From a virus: 50,469 nt of DNA. The stretch lies in the IMG/VR virus record IMGVR_UViG_3300004883_000001, positions 1 through 50,469 of that record, one strand, 5' to 3'. Shown here one piece after another: positions 1-8,566 of the stretch (position 1 is its first letter; every line of letters begins with the position of its first letter). The notes beneath the pieces are model-generated. The model was not told where the DNA came from. It was given only the letters and a program-made list of their open reading frames with translations, and did no database searches. The translations under genes were made by a program, and so were the position numbers.

Positions 1-99
1 CCCAAGCAGTACCGTAGCGGCCTTTACCTGTTAAAGCTCCTGTAGTCGTGTTAGCTAGCTGATGCGAGGTACCAATAGTATCCAGACCAGATTGCTTGA
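1..99. repeat. Terminal overlap: bases 1-99 are identical to 50371-50469 (circular contig closure or terminal redundancy)
   Basis: Read directly: cccaagcagtaccgtagcgg...tccagaccagattgcttga is present at both window ends; base 100 (a) is where the copies stop. Unique unit length is 50,370 bp. Confidence 0.95.
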
Positions 100-3000
100 A
101 CGCGGTGAACATTTCAATAGCTTCTTCACGTCCACCTTTGAAACCCATCTGCTTTAACCTATCAGGGTCGGTAAGCATCTTCAAAGCCCCAGGCCCGTCA
201 TACATTTGGTAGAACCGCATGTAGTACCCTGTAGCGAATACCTGAAAACTGTCCTTGAAGGTCTCTGGGAACGCTATAGCGGCATGGATACTGGAAGAGA
301 TTTGCAACGGAGCCTGGGCAATGTTAAACAAACCCAGTTTCGAGTGGAAAGCGAATCCACGAATTGCGTTCAATGGGTTGGACTCAGTTAACCACTGAGC
401 AGCTTTAATTCCTGGCCTGCCTAGTCGGGACATCTCATCTTGGATGAAACGGTTTACCCGTGCTACGTTCTGGTCACCTAAGGTTTCTTTTCCGAGTACA
501 CGGTTAATGATTGCCTTCTGAGCCTCGAACTGGGCACGAACAACGTCGTCTGTGCCTGCCTTCAATACCGCGTGCTGTACGAGGGCCTCAGGAGATGCTA
601 AGGCGGGCGTAAGCTTAGGGTCGAAATGTTTGCTGAACGTATTAATCATACGGTTCACAGCTTCAAGGCTGTAGTTGCCGTAACCATTGACGCGAGAAGC
701 ACTGAGGGCTGCACGGTTCAACGTCTGACCAACACTCAATGTAGGAGCAGCGTTGCCGTCGAAACCTTTAAGACGTTCTCCTCGGGCACTGTGGTACATA
801 CGACCTTGTGTTCGGCCTAGAGACTCTAAACTACTGTCAGAAGCCTCGTCAAAGAACCTTGCGATGTTTACGTCTCCGCTGTGAGCCTGTGGGGCAGCAC
901 CATCGATGACAGTCTCGAATACCTCTTTTGGGTCAACCTTACCACTTTTGATGGACTGGACAAACTCTTCGGGGCTTGGGAACTCACCTCGGCCTTGGAA
1001 GACTTTAGCTAGGGCTGCAAGGTTTCCGCCTGTTTCATTGTACACGGCAGCAGCTTGGTTCATAGTCTCGTTCCACTCATCAGCTTGACGCTTAGAAGGG
1101 AAGGTGCGATAAGCTCTGGACTGTAGGAGGGCTTTCTTGCCTGTATCAGGTTGGGTGAAGGTCCGGGCAGCCTTAGAGAACCACTGGTTGCGGTACATAC
1201 GGTGAATACCAGCTTTGTAAGGGACTTGGAGTTGGCTCAAAGGGCCTACCTTGAAGTCTGCTGGCTTACCTACGAAAGTCCGTACTACGGTTCCATCAGG
1301 CATCCTTACAGGAGTTTCCATACGAACTGTAATGAAACCTTCGTCCTTCATACGCTTTAACTGCGCAGCGGTCATGGGTGTCTTAGAGTTGTGGTGAAAG
1401 TTGTCTGTTAAGTTGAATGCACGTTCTTTAGGTATTTCAGTCAGGGAACGTTTAACTTGTGCGTTACCAGCGCCTAGACCCCTAGGGAGAGTTACTTGTT
1501 CCATACCTTGTAAAGCCTTCTGTCGGAAGGCAGCACTGTTACGTACATAGAACTCTAGGTCCATAATCTTATGGATGTCCTCGTAAGCCCCTTGGACTCT
1601 TGGAGACATTGCACGGCCTGTCTGAGACTCCCAAGCTTTTCTTAGCTCGGCTGAGGACAGCCAGTCCCCTTCTTGGTCGACCATGTTCTCTAACATGTTG
1701 TCGAGGTCTTTACGGTCCTTTTTAGGAAGCTTGCCGTAATTACGGAAGGAGAGGTCTTCGAACACTTTACGTGTCTTGTCTGCGATACGTCCAGATTGAA
1801 CAGCAGCACCTTGAAGTTTAGAGTCTGAAACCAGACCACCACCACGAAGCCACTTACCGAAGATAGTCTTTGTGTCAGGTTTGAGAGGTGCGGTGTAGAA
1901 CTGACTCTCTTTTACAGGGAGTTTAGCAGAGGCATACCAAGCACCTGAGGCGTCTTGAAAAACTTCTCCAGATAAACCATACTGTCGAAGTACGTTCTCA
2001 GCACCTTTCTTGGAAGCGTAGCCGCCTGTGCCTTTAACCTTACCTAGTACGGCAACATCGCTGACCACCTTCGAGCCATCAGCTAGTATAGTGTCTTCTA
2101 CATAGACTTCTTTAATAGGGCGATTAGGGATGGCCTTACTCACACGCTGCTCTGCTTGAGCAACTAATGCAGCACTCTCCTCGGCTGTGAGTCGGGCACG
2201 ACCATTCATACTTAAGAACTCATCGTAGATTGCTTTACCGCGAGCCATAGCTTCACCAGCATCTGTGGAGATTCCGACAATACCGTCGTCTAATTCATTC
2301 TTAAGGGCGGCAGGTAATAGGTTACCCACTACTTCGCCTTCTTCCATTCCGTGTCTAGCTGCGGCCGCGGCTTCACCGACTTCATCGGCTTGTCGTCCTG
2401 CACTGGCAGTCATCTCGATAGCTTGCTTGGATGCACCGCCTCTGACTAGAGATTTGGTGGTAGTGGCAATCTTAGAGAAAGGGACAAGCATTGCAACTTC
2501 AAGAGACTGAACTAAGTTCTTCTCAAGGGCAGTAGGAGTATCAAGGCCAAGCTCAGACAGCATGTTAGCTGCATCACCTTCATTAGGCCTCCAGAATACA
2601 ACAGACTTCTCTTCCAGCTTGTTAGCTAGTTCTGGAAGGAATACAGACAGCTCTGGAAGAGACATGTCGTTAAGAGTATCGGACTCTTGTCTAAATCTTT
2701 TTCCTGGCAGGAGAGAGTCTTTAATACGTTGCAGCTTGCTGAAATTCTCAGGGTCTCCTGCAACATCGATGTTACCAGTATGTCTCCATCCTCGGAATAC
2801 ACCTCCTAGGACTTCGCTCATAACGAACTCGTTGATTCTTTCGCCTGTACCACGGCTCTCAGGGTTCATGTCGTCAACCATCTGCTGGACCATCATCTTC
2901 TTAGTAGCGGCTTCGATACGCTTATCTAAGACGGAAGGGTTTTGAAGGTTGTCTTCGTACAGAGCAGCAGCATAGGGGTCCGTAAGGGACAACTGCTGGA

Positions 3001-3427
3001 TTTTAGTCATGGTCTCTTGTTCGAGGCTGAACTTAGCCTTCTGGTCCATGTCCTGAGCGGCAGCACGACGGGCAGCCTCAACGGCACCCTCTCGGATAGA
3101 GTCGTCAGTGGCTGTACGTGCAAGACTTACTAAGTCCTTCACCTCAGACATACGCTTCTTATGTGCATGTTCACGACGTAACTCAGTGTCTCCGACAAGC
3201 TTGAGACGCTCTTCTGCGAGACTCTTAGTCTCTAAAAGAGTGGATAGGTAGTTACGTGGGTTGGCCGCTGCATCGACTAAGTCAGTGCTGCTGAGGGCAG
3301 ACATCATAGCCGTGCGGGAGATGTTGTTCGGGTTTTTACGGGACTCTGGCTCGGCAGGCTTCGTAGCGTCGACAAAGACGTTCTCTGCTGCGGGAGCATC
3401 GTTAGTAAAGAATGTTTCGTTTTCCAC
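1..3427 (-). CDS. Giant virion (internal core/ejection-type) protein, N-terminal 1,142 codons; the ORF wraps the contig junction (total 4,632 nt, 1,543 aa)
   Basis: The minus-strand frame is stop-free from GTG at 3427 down to base 1. AGGAG lies 9 nt upstream of that GTG, which is 4 nt after the upstream stop. Through the 99-bp overlap it joins in frame with track ORF 49166..50311 (...GKGRYGTAWEKAKQVSGTFFFAPERFNRS/VAFTIAWREV...). It is absent from the track only because it runs off the window. Function is inferred from size and its position after the tail-tube/core genes; no catalytic motif was recognised. Confidence 0.8.
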   Translation of the reverse strand, partial: MENETFFTNDAPAAENVFVDATKPAEPESRKNPNNISRTAMMSALSSTDLVDAAANPRNYLSTLLETKSLAEERLKLVGDTELRREHAHKKRMSEVKDLVSLARTATDDSIREGAVEAARRAAAQDMDQKAKFSLEQETMTKIQQLSLTDPYAAALYEDNLQNPSVLDKRIEAATKKMMVQQMVDDMNPESRGTGERINEFVMSEVLGGVFRGWRHTGNIDVAGDPENFSKLQRIKDSLLPGKRFRQESDTLNDMSLPELSVFLPELANKLEEKSVVFWRPNEGDAANMLSELGLDTPTALEKNLVQSLEVAMLVPFSKIATTTKSLVRGGASKQAIEMTASAGRQADEVGEAAAAARHGMEEGEVVGNLLPAALKNELDDGIVGISTDAGEAMARGKAIYDEFLSMNGRARLTAEESAALVAQAEQRVSKAIPNRPIKEVYVEDTILADGSKVVSDVAVLGKVKGTGGYASKKGAENVLRQYGLSGEVFQDASGAWYASAKLPVKESQFYTAPLKPDTKTIFGKWLRGGGLVSDSKLQGAAVQSGRIADKTRKVFEDLSFRNYGKLPKKDRKDLDNMLENMVDQEGDWLSSAELRKAWESQTGRAMSPRVQGAYEDIHKIMDLEFYVRNSAAFRQKALQGMEQVTLPRGLGAGNAQVKRSLTEIPKERAFNLTDNFHHNSKTPMTAAQLKRMKDEGFITVRMETPVRMPDGTVVRTFVGKPADFKVGPLSQLQVPYKAGIHRMYRNQWFSKAARTFTQPDTGKKALLQSRAYRTFPSKRQADEWNETMNQAAAVYNETGGNLAALAKVFQGRGEFPSPEEFVQSIKSGKVDPKEVFETVIDGAAPQAHSGDVNIARFFDEASDSSLESLGRTQGRMYHSARGERLKGFDGNAAPTLSVGQTLNRAALSASRVNGYGNYSLEAVNRMINTFSKHFDPKLTPALASPEALVQHAVLKAGTDDVVRAQFEAQKAIINRVLGKETLGDQNVARVNRFIQDEMSRLGRPGIKAAQWLTESNPLNAIRGFAFHSKLGLFNIAQAPLQISSSIHAAIAFPETFKDSFQVFATGYYMRFYQMYDGPGALKMLTDPDRLKQMGFKGGREEAIEMFTAFKQSGLDTIGTSHQLANTTTGALTGKGRYGTAW

Positions 3428-3431
3428 TCAG

Positions 3432-3827
3432 TTAGGCTCCTATAGCAGCTTTGGCTGCCAACGTTGCACCTTTAATGGCGAAGTTCGTAAGTGCTTTCGC
3501 TCGTGCAGCTTTACGTTGGTAATGGCGTTGTCGGCCTAAGGCTGCCGAGGTCTGGTCTACGATTAAGTTTTGGTTATCGAGGAAAGACAGGTTCGAAGTG
3601 AACTGACTCTTCAATCCACCGATACCGCCTAACGCCGCTGAGCTGGTGTTCACACCCTGAGCTGAGGCTGCTTGCTGTGTCTGAGCTGCTACTATACGGG
3701 CCTCACGAACACTCTCACGTCGTTGTTGAGCTGATGCGAGGTTGTTCTGCTTGACTGTTAAATCATTAGCTTCTTCTTGAGCTTGTGCGGCTTTCTTTGT
3801 GCTTTTGATTCCGAACGGGTCAGACAT
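3432..3827 (-). CDS. Internal virion protein (T7 gp14 position), Ala/Gln-rich
   Basis: 131 aa. It has an ATGTCTGA start/stop overlap with the upstream ORF, A/Q-rich low complexity and an Ala/Gly hydrophobic C-terminus. It sits between nozzle protein B and the giant core ORF. Confidence 0.6.
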   Translation of the reverse strand: MSDPFGIKSTKKAAQAQEEANDLTVKQNNLASAQQRRESVREARIVAAQTQQAASAQGVNTSSAALGGIGGLKSQFTSNLSFLDNQNLIVDQTSAALGRQRHYQRKAARAKALTNFAIKGATLAAKAAIGA

Positions 3828-4392
3828 GCGTTAAGTCCTTGAACATTACTAATTGGTCGTGGTCGTTATAAATATCTGTTCTTTTGAAACCGAAGAACTC
3901 AGCGAAACGGACCTCGGTATCAGTTGTAACAAAACAACCTAGTGTTGACACTCCGTTCTCCAATAGCCACGTCTCTAGTTCATAGAGGACAACCACGTGG
4001 TTTCTTAGAGGGGCGAGGTCATAAATCATTGTGTGGAGGAATAAAGCGTCTTCTATTTCCTCAAGGTAGAGGTCGCCCTCAGAGCTTTCGAAGACTCTTT
4101 TATACCGTCGTGATTCCGGTATAATTAGTTGCCCATCCGAGGAGGTCAAACGTTTTACCAATTTCGGAACTCTCGAACCTAAGCTGGATAGCTCGACCTT
4201 GTCCTCTGGCTTTGTGTTTAGTGGATACAACGGAAGCATCACTGTATCGGTCTGTGATACGGTATCCCTGAACCTTTCGGGACCATCGGTTGCTGTTGTA
4301 GTTTCTGCTCCAGTCCCATCGGGTTTGGAAGAAACAGTCGGAGCCGATTCCAAGGTCTTCGTCGTCTGTTCGTCTGAAATATAGGAAAACAT
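3820..4392 (-). CDS. Hypothetical protein (T7 gp13 position); start uncertain
   Basis: The 190-aa track ORF has its first 97 codons overlapping the 3' end of tail tubular B in the +1 frame. Candidate starts are ATG 4392, GTG 4242/ATG 4239 and TTG 4161, none with a strong SD. Its stop overlaps the next start (ATGTCTGA). Confidence 0.5.
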   Translation of the reverse strand: MFSYISDEQTTKTLESAPTVSSKPDGTGAETTTATDGPERFRDTVSQTDTVMLPLYPLNTKPEDKVELSSLGSRVPKLVKRLTSSDGQLIIPESRRYKRVFESSEGDLYLEEIEDALFLHTMIYDLAPLRNHVVVLYELETWLLENGVSTLGCFVTTDTEVRFAEFFGFKRTDIYNDHDQLVMFKDLTHV

Positions 4393-6334
4393 AATTACTC
4401 TGCTTTCTACGCATAAGGTCTTCTAGTATCTCGTGCCCTGTTTCCATGAAGGATTCATAAGGCTGGTCACCGAAGTCTGCGTATGTTTGAGATTGAAAAT
4501 CACCGTAGGAGAGTCTAGCAGTCGACAGTGTGTCCTGTTCTGCGTATACAAAACGGACATAGCTATTGAACGTATCAGAGCCTTCTTGGGTTTCAATTCC
4601 TGGGGTTTGAATTCTGTTGACGGCTGTACGTTCCACGACACCTACAATCGACCTACCTTGGTTATCTTGTAACGTCCAAGGGTAGAATGCTTGGAGAGTC
4701 ACATCAAGGTTGAGGATACGGTTGAAGAACTTGTTGGGGGTGGTACTGCTGTCGTCTGATTTGAACAACCACTGTACCATGTTACGGATAGGGTCGAATA
4801 CGCCTCTCGCGTGAGCCTTGGCAGACTCTGGTATATTGTTCTGGTAGAAAGATTGTATAGTCGTCTCAGAGATGTTCTCTCTGTCGAACACACCTTCTTG
4901 GGCTCCAAAGACACCTGAACGCTGAGCTAAGCTCATGATACCTGCGTGAGACCACCAGTAGACAACCCCATTGGCTTCCACTAAGGTTCGGGTGCCTAGG
5001 ATACCGTTGGACGATACCTTGGTTACTGAGATGTCAGTAGCAGAGAAGCCTCCATTACCGCCTTGTACAGACCATACACCGTTCTCGGCGAAGACTACAA
5101 GAGAGCCTCCTACAGGGTGGATACGGCGGATGTTGTACGCCTCAGGGATAGGGATTTGGCCGCCATCTGTAGCGATTAAGTCGCTGATGGTTTCTGATGT
5201 GGGGTCTGCCTCTTGGAAGCAGTTACCAGCTTGTCTGTGGTCAATAAGGGTCTGAGAGTAGTACAGGTCGGACTCATGTGCGAACCACACCTTACCCGCG
5301 TAAAAGCTTGTAGTGTTTGGTCGGGTCCTGCTGACCTTAGTCTCTAATCCTGGGACACCTCCTATACTAGAGCGGTCCTTATTAAAGGCGTCTAGGATGA
5401 AATGGCCTCTAGCAGCTAAAGTATTTCCTACATAAGTCTCACAGAGAATGTCAGGGTCGAAATCCCCCGCAGACAAACCTTTGTCGGGGTTGTCAATCTC
5501 TAGTTTCCCTACCCACCATGCCTTGTTGTTACCTGGATATAGCCCAATCTGATTGAAGTATCTGGTTATAGGGCTACTAACCGAGTCAACAGATTGAACT
5601 TGGTTAGAGAAGGAGCCTGCCACGAGACGGAAGATTCCTGGACTATAATCAGTACTAGCTGCTGTACCTATACCTGTGGTGGTAGTGTTACCCTCCTTAG
5701 AGCTGGGAGCTACCCAGCCTTGGTTGCGGAGGTTATAATGATGCTCGTTACTAAGTGTAGGAGGCTCGAAATCGTTGGCAAGCCCGTCGTCTACACCTAC
5801 GAAGTCTCTTACACGGATATTGATGACTCGTGTGGTAAACTGGTTTGTGTCGTTATTGAACTCTACGCTGAACGGTTCAATTTCTTGTCCTACTACAAAC
5901 AGGAAACCTCGTCCCGATGTAAACTCTACCTCAGAGGACTCCATTAGTATAGTGGACTCAGCCACCTGATGGCTTCGAAGGTCGATGATGAAGTCAAAGG
6001 CTTGGGGACTTACCGACTCATTCTCGATAACGCGGTAGAAGTAAATGAAGTTCCCTGCCCGTTGGACAAGAATATCTGTCTCACCTGTCTCGTCTACAGC
6101 CTCCCAAGAGAACTCGTTGATGTCAACGTCTCGGTTCGTAGGTATAAAAAAAGAACTGGAGACCCCCTCAGGTTCCTGTTCAAAGCCTAGTCGGCGTGTT
6201 CGGTTGCCTTTCTGGAAGATTACACAATTGTCTTCACGTGTGGAAGCATTCTCAGGGTATGTGAGAGGGCTAGCTTCTGTAATCATCCCAGCTACAAACG
6301 TTCTGTAAGTCTTATTTGAAACTGAACGTGGCAT
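4100..6334 (-). CDS. Tail tubular protein B / nozzle (T7 gp12-like)
   Basis: 744 aa. The N-terminus FVAGMITEASPLTYPENASTREDNCVIFQKGNRTRRLGFE resembles the conserved start of podovirus nozzle proteins. The gene follows the tubular protein A candidate. Confidence 0.75.
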   Translation of the reverse strand: MPRSVSNKTYRTFVAGMITEASPLTYPENASTREDNCVIFQKGNRTRRLGFEQEPEGVSSSFFIPTNRDVDINEFSWEAVDETGETDILVQRAGNFIYFYRVIENESVSPQAFDFIIDLRSHQVAESTILMESSEVEFTSGRGFLFVVGQEIEPFSVEFNNDTNQFTTRVINIRVRDFVGVDDGLANDFEPPTLSNEHHYNLRNQGWVAPSSKEGNTTTTGIGTAASTDYSPGIFRLVAGSFSNQVQSVDSVSSPITRYFNQIGLYPGNNKAWWVGKLEIDNPDKGLSAGDFDPDILCETYVGNTLAARGHFILDAFNKDRSSIGGVPGLETKVSRTRPNTTSFYAGKVWFAHESDLYYSQTLIDHRQAGNCFQEADPTSETISDLIATDGGQIPIPEAYNIRRIHPVGGSLVVFAENGVWSVQGGNGGFSATDISVTKVSSNGILGTRTLVEANGVVYWWSHAGIMSLAQRSGVFGAQEGVFDRENISETTIQSFYQNNIPESAKAHARGVFDPIRNMVQWLFKSDDSSTTPNKFFNRILNLDVTLQAFYPWTLQDNQGRSIVGVVERTAVNRIQTPGIETQEGSDTFNSYVRFVYAEQDTLSTARLSYGDFQSQTYADFGDQPYESFMETGHEILEDLMRRKQSNYVFLYFRRTDDEDLGIGSDCFFQTRWDWSRNYNSNRWSRKVQGYRITDRYSDASVVSTKHKARGQGRAIQLRFESSEIGKTFDLLGWATNYTGITTV

Positions 6335-6532
6335 CTAAGCTCCCGTATCTTTCGGATAGGTGGCTGGAAACAGAACCCGTTCCCTGCTTTTTAAATATCT
6401 GATAAGCCTATGCTCGGCCTGCTTGAAGTTCATACAGCGTCCTCTGAGTATAGCGGGAGGAGCTCCGACAGCCATCTTGAAGTAGTATAAGGCATCCTCT
6501 CGGCTTCGTCGTATACGTACTTCACAGCCCAT
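6335..6532 (-). CDS. Hypothetical small Arg-rich protein filling the tube A / tube B gap (start uncertain)
   Basis: Track ORF 6335..6616; the internal ATG at 6532 begins 17 nt after the tube A stop. Its stop TAG abuts the tube B ATG (6334). There is no SD and the composition is odd, so it may be non-coding spacer. Confidence 0.3.
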   Translation of the reverse strand: MGCEVRIRRSREDALYYFKMAVGAPPAILRGRCMNFKQAEHRLIRYLKSRERVLFPATYPKDTGA

Positions 6533-6548
6533 GTGGGTTCGGTATCGA

Positions 6549-7307
6549 TTAGCCTCGTGCGAATCTTCCGTATGGGGGGCCAAGTTGCGGCGGTCTCGTG
6601 GTTCGTATCCTGTCACGGTTGTTCTGCTTCATTACTTTCTGTTGACGGGCTCGTAGTTGTGCCTTGGAGTTTGACACCCCTTTGAAGTGGACAAAACAAG
6701 CGTCTATGGCTTCATTAAGTAGGAGAGGGAACTCGTCAACCATCAAAGGCGGCACGAAGGTGTCCTCTAGTTTAAACTCTGGTGCGATTACTCCTCGGAT
6801 TCCTGAACTACGACCTTGAATGGTTTCTTGGTCTCTGAGGTCAACTCTGTCAAAGAACACCGTCTGCTCGTCGAAGGTTGTGTAGTACTCAGCGTCTGCG
6901 TCTGCTCCATAAGGAAAGCAGGGGCCTGTTGTACCGTATGCAGCAGCCTCGGTGGGACATTCTCCAAACACTCGGAACTGACGCTCGACGAATGTTCTAG
7001 GGTCCATGTACTCAGGGCAGACTCTCTGGCCATAGCCATTCTTATACCAGAGGTCCTCAATCCGAACGATGTTGTCAGGGATTCGGAGCTGGTTTGGGAA
7101 GTCCTTGTTGGAGAGGGACTCAAGTTGAGCGTACCCTTCCTTTTGGTAATCTTCGGAGTTGGCCGTGATGTGTCGAAAACTGTCTCTAACCTCAAGGGCT
7201 ACCCCATGAGACTCCACGGTATCATTAATACTGTTGACCTCGTCACTGTCCATCTTCTCAAGGATGGTTTGTACCAAGTCTAGGAGTGTCATTTTTCCAA
7301 TTGTCAC
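6549..7307 (-). CDS. Tail tubular protein A / adaptor (T7 gp11-like)
   Basis: 252 aa. The N-terminal LLDLVQTILEKMDSDEVNSINDTVESHGVALEVRD fits the pattern seen in podovirus gp11-type proteins. It lies immediately upstream of the nozzle gene. Confidence 0.6.
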   Translation of the reverse strand: MTIGKMTLLDLVQTILEKMDSDEVNSINDTVESHGVALEVRDSFRHITANSEDYQKEGYAQLESLSNKDFPNQLRIPDNIVRIEDLWYKNGYGQRVCPEYMDPRTFVERQFRVFGECPTEAAAYGTTGPCFPYGADADAEYYTTFDEQTVFFDRVDLRDQETIQGRSSGIRGVIAPEFKLEDTFVPPLMVDEFPLLLNEAIDACFVHFKGVSNSKAQLRARQQKVMKQNNRDRIRTTRPPQLGPPYGRFARG

Positions 7308-7675
7308 GGTAGCAAACTCCCTTCGGTGCCGTTGTAGTATGTTAGGACTGACAGGGCTAGTGCGGTAGTCCCTGTACTATCTGTTACCTCACAGCCTAAG
7401 GTGTAGTTGGTAAAACTAGCGGGAGGGTTTGTTAAGTCGTAGGTAGTGGTCTGGCTCGTGGGCTGGTTTGGCGCAACGGTTAAGTTTGTAGTCCAACTAT
7501 AGGAGTAGGGTGGGACTCCTCCTGTGACTTGAGCCGTAAGCGGTTCAGTCGTGTAAATATGGTTGGCGTCGAACTCGAAAATACCTTCTGTGATAAGAGG
7601 AGGGTTAATGGACACCTCTAAAGGCTCCGTGGCGATGTTGGACATCAAAGGAGCTATAAATAAAGGGGCTGGCAT
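7304..7675 (-). CDS. Small virion protein with an Ig-like (PKD/HYR-type) repeat signature
   Basis: 123 aa with a GGVPPYSYSWT motif typical of Ig-like surface repeats. Its stop overlaps the next start. Confidence 0.5.
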   Translation of the reverse strand: MPAPLFIAPLMSNIATEPLEVSINPPLITEGIFEFDANHIYTTEPLTAQVTGGVPPYSYSWTTNLTVAPNQPTSQTTTYDLTNPPASFTNYTLGCEVTDSTGTTALALSVLTYYNGTEGSLLP

Positions 7676-7677
7676 TA

Positions 7678-8508
7678 CTACGAGAGACCTGTACCTGAGA
7701 TTACAAAACTAAGACCATCATCACTGAAACAAGTGATTGAGGCGTAACCTCCTGGGGCCACTGTTAAAGTAGGGCTTGGAGTTGTTTGGCCTGCGATGTA
7801 GATGGATACACCTGTGTCGGCTACAATACTGATAGGGCCTCGGTCAGGTGGAGAATAAATAGCATTAACACATCCAACTTCACCTACTTGTACTGTCACC
7901 ACTCGGGTCGAGGCAGAAGCGTTCCTGTACAAGCGTCCCCATACGCCCATATTAGCGTTAGCTGAAAAGGAGCGGAGGGAGAACCTGTCAAAGCGAGGGT
8001 CGTTCTCGTCAGCTTTACTGTCGGGGTTGAAACCTATTAAGTTAGCATCGTATGGCTGGACATCAACGCCGATGCGGAGTCCAAGGTTGATACGTGCTGT
8101 TGCGATGTTTGCAAGGTCTGAGAGGTTGTTGGTAGCTATTAAGTCGCCGATACCTGCTCCGTCGGTCCCTGGGACACCTTGGAGTTCAGCCTTGGAGTAT
8201 AATGTCGTGTAAGTACCTGCTCCTGATGCACGGTACTCTAGGTCGTCTGTTGTAGGGTTACGTCGGACTTCACCGACTTCGATAGCCCCTACATCACTTT
8301 TCTTGATGAAGGGCGAATCCCCTACATTAAGAAGGTTGTTCCCGTTCAAATCAAGGTCAACCAACATAAAATTAGTCTCACTCTCTTCACGAGACAAGAC
8401 TTTAAGGAACGCCTCAGCTATAGCTGCATTGTTCTCCGCGATAACTGCTTCTAGTGCGACTGGGTTAGATGCGTTATTCGGATTCTGTAGAGTTACTTCA
8501 ATAGCCAT
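7678..8508 (-). CDS. Fibre-like virion protein
   Basis: 276 aa. LDLNGNNLLNVGD and NNLSDLANIATARINLGL are motifs recurrent in phage tail-fibre N-terminal regions. Confidence 0.5.
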   Translation of the reverse strand: MAIEVTLQNPNNASNPVALEAVIAENNAAIAEAFLKVLSREESETNFMLVDLDLNGNNLLNVGDSPFIKKSDVGAIEVGEVRRNPTTDDLEYRASGAGTYTTLYSKAELQGVPGTDGAGIGDLIATNNLSDLANIATARINLGLRIGVDVQPYDANLIGFNPDSKADENDPRFDRFSLRSFSANANMGVWGRLYRNASASTRVVTVQVGEVGCVNAIYSPPDRGPISIVADTGVSIYIAGQTTPSPTLTVAPGGYASITCFSDDGLSFVISGTGLS

Positions 8509-8523
8509 AGGACACCTATAAAT

Positions 8524-8553
8524 GAGAGACCTCCCCGAAGGGAGGCCGTCTCG
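8524..8553 (-). terminator. Putative intrinsic terminator/attenuator after the capsid-proximal gene
   Basis: CCTCCC(8530-35)/GGGAGG(8540-45) forms a stem with a CGAA loop, extended by GAGA/TCTC. On the minus strand it is followed by TCATTTAT. Its position is analogous to T7 T-phi after the capsid genes. The U-tract is weak. Confidence 0.4.
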
Positions 8554-8566
8554 GATTACTTACAGA

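Noticed and set aside
1-3427. The giant virion protein as an injected RNA polymerase (N4 or crAss style), which would explain the missing RNAP
   Set aside because: I translated the whole ORF and found no DxDGD double-psi-barrel motif and no T7-like A/B/C motifs (Dxxx, RxxxKxxxxxxYG, HD[SA]). This remains only something to exclude by structure prediction.
206-3539. Ten + strand track ORFs of 60-127 aa (for example 2562..2945, 3261..3539)
   Set aside because: All lie antisense to the uninterrupted 1,543-aa minus-strand ORF. They have low-complexity Ser/Leu/Ala-rich translations and no SDs, so they are shadow ORFs.
3820-4029. The C-terminal 69 aa of ORF 3820..4392 (…LYELETWLLENGVSTLGCFVTTDTEVRFAEFFGFKR) resemble the end of a GNAT acetyltransferase fold
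   Set aside because: The acetyl-CoA-binding Q/RxxGxG/A motif is missing and the segment is too short for a GNAT domain. Resemblance alone is insufficient.
6533-6616. The N-terminal 28 codons of track ORF 6335..6616 overlapping the end of the tube A gene
   Set aside because: There is no SD at 6616, and the overlap is unnecessary because an in-frame ATG exists just after the tube A stop. Even the shortened ORF is low confidence.
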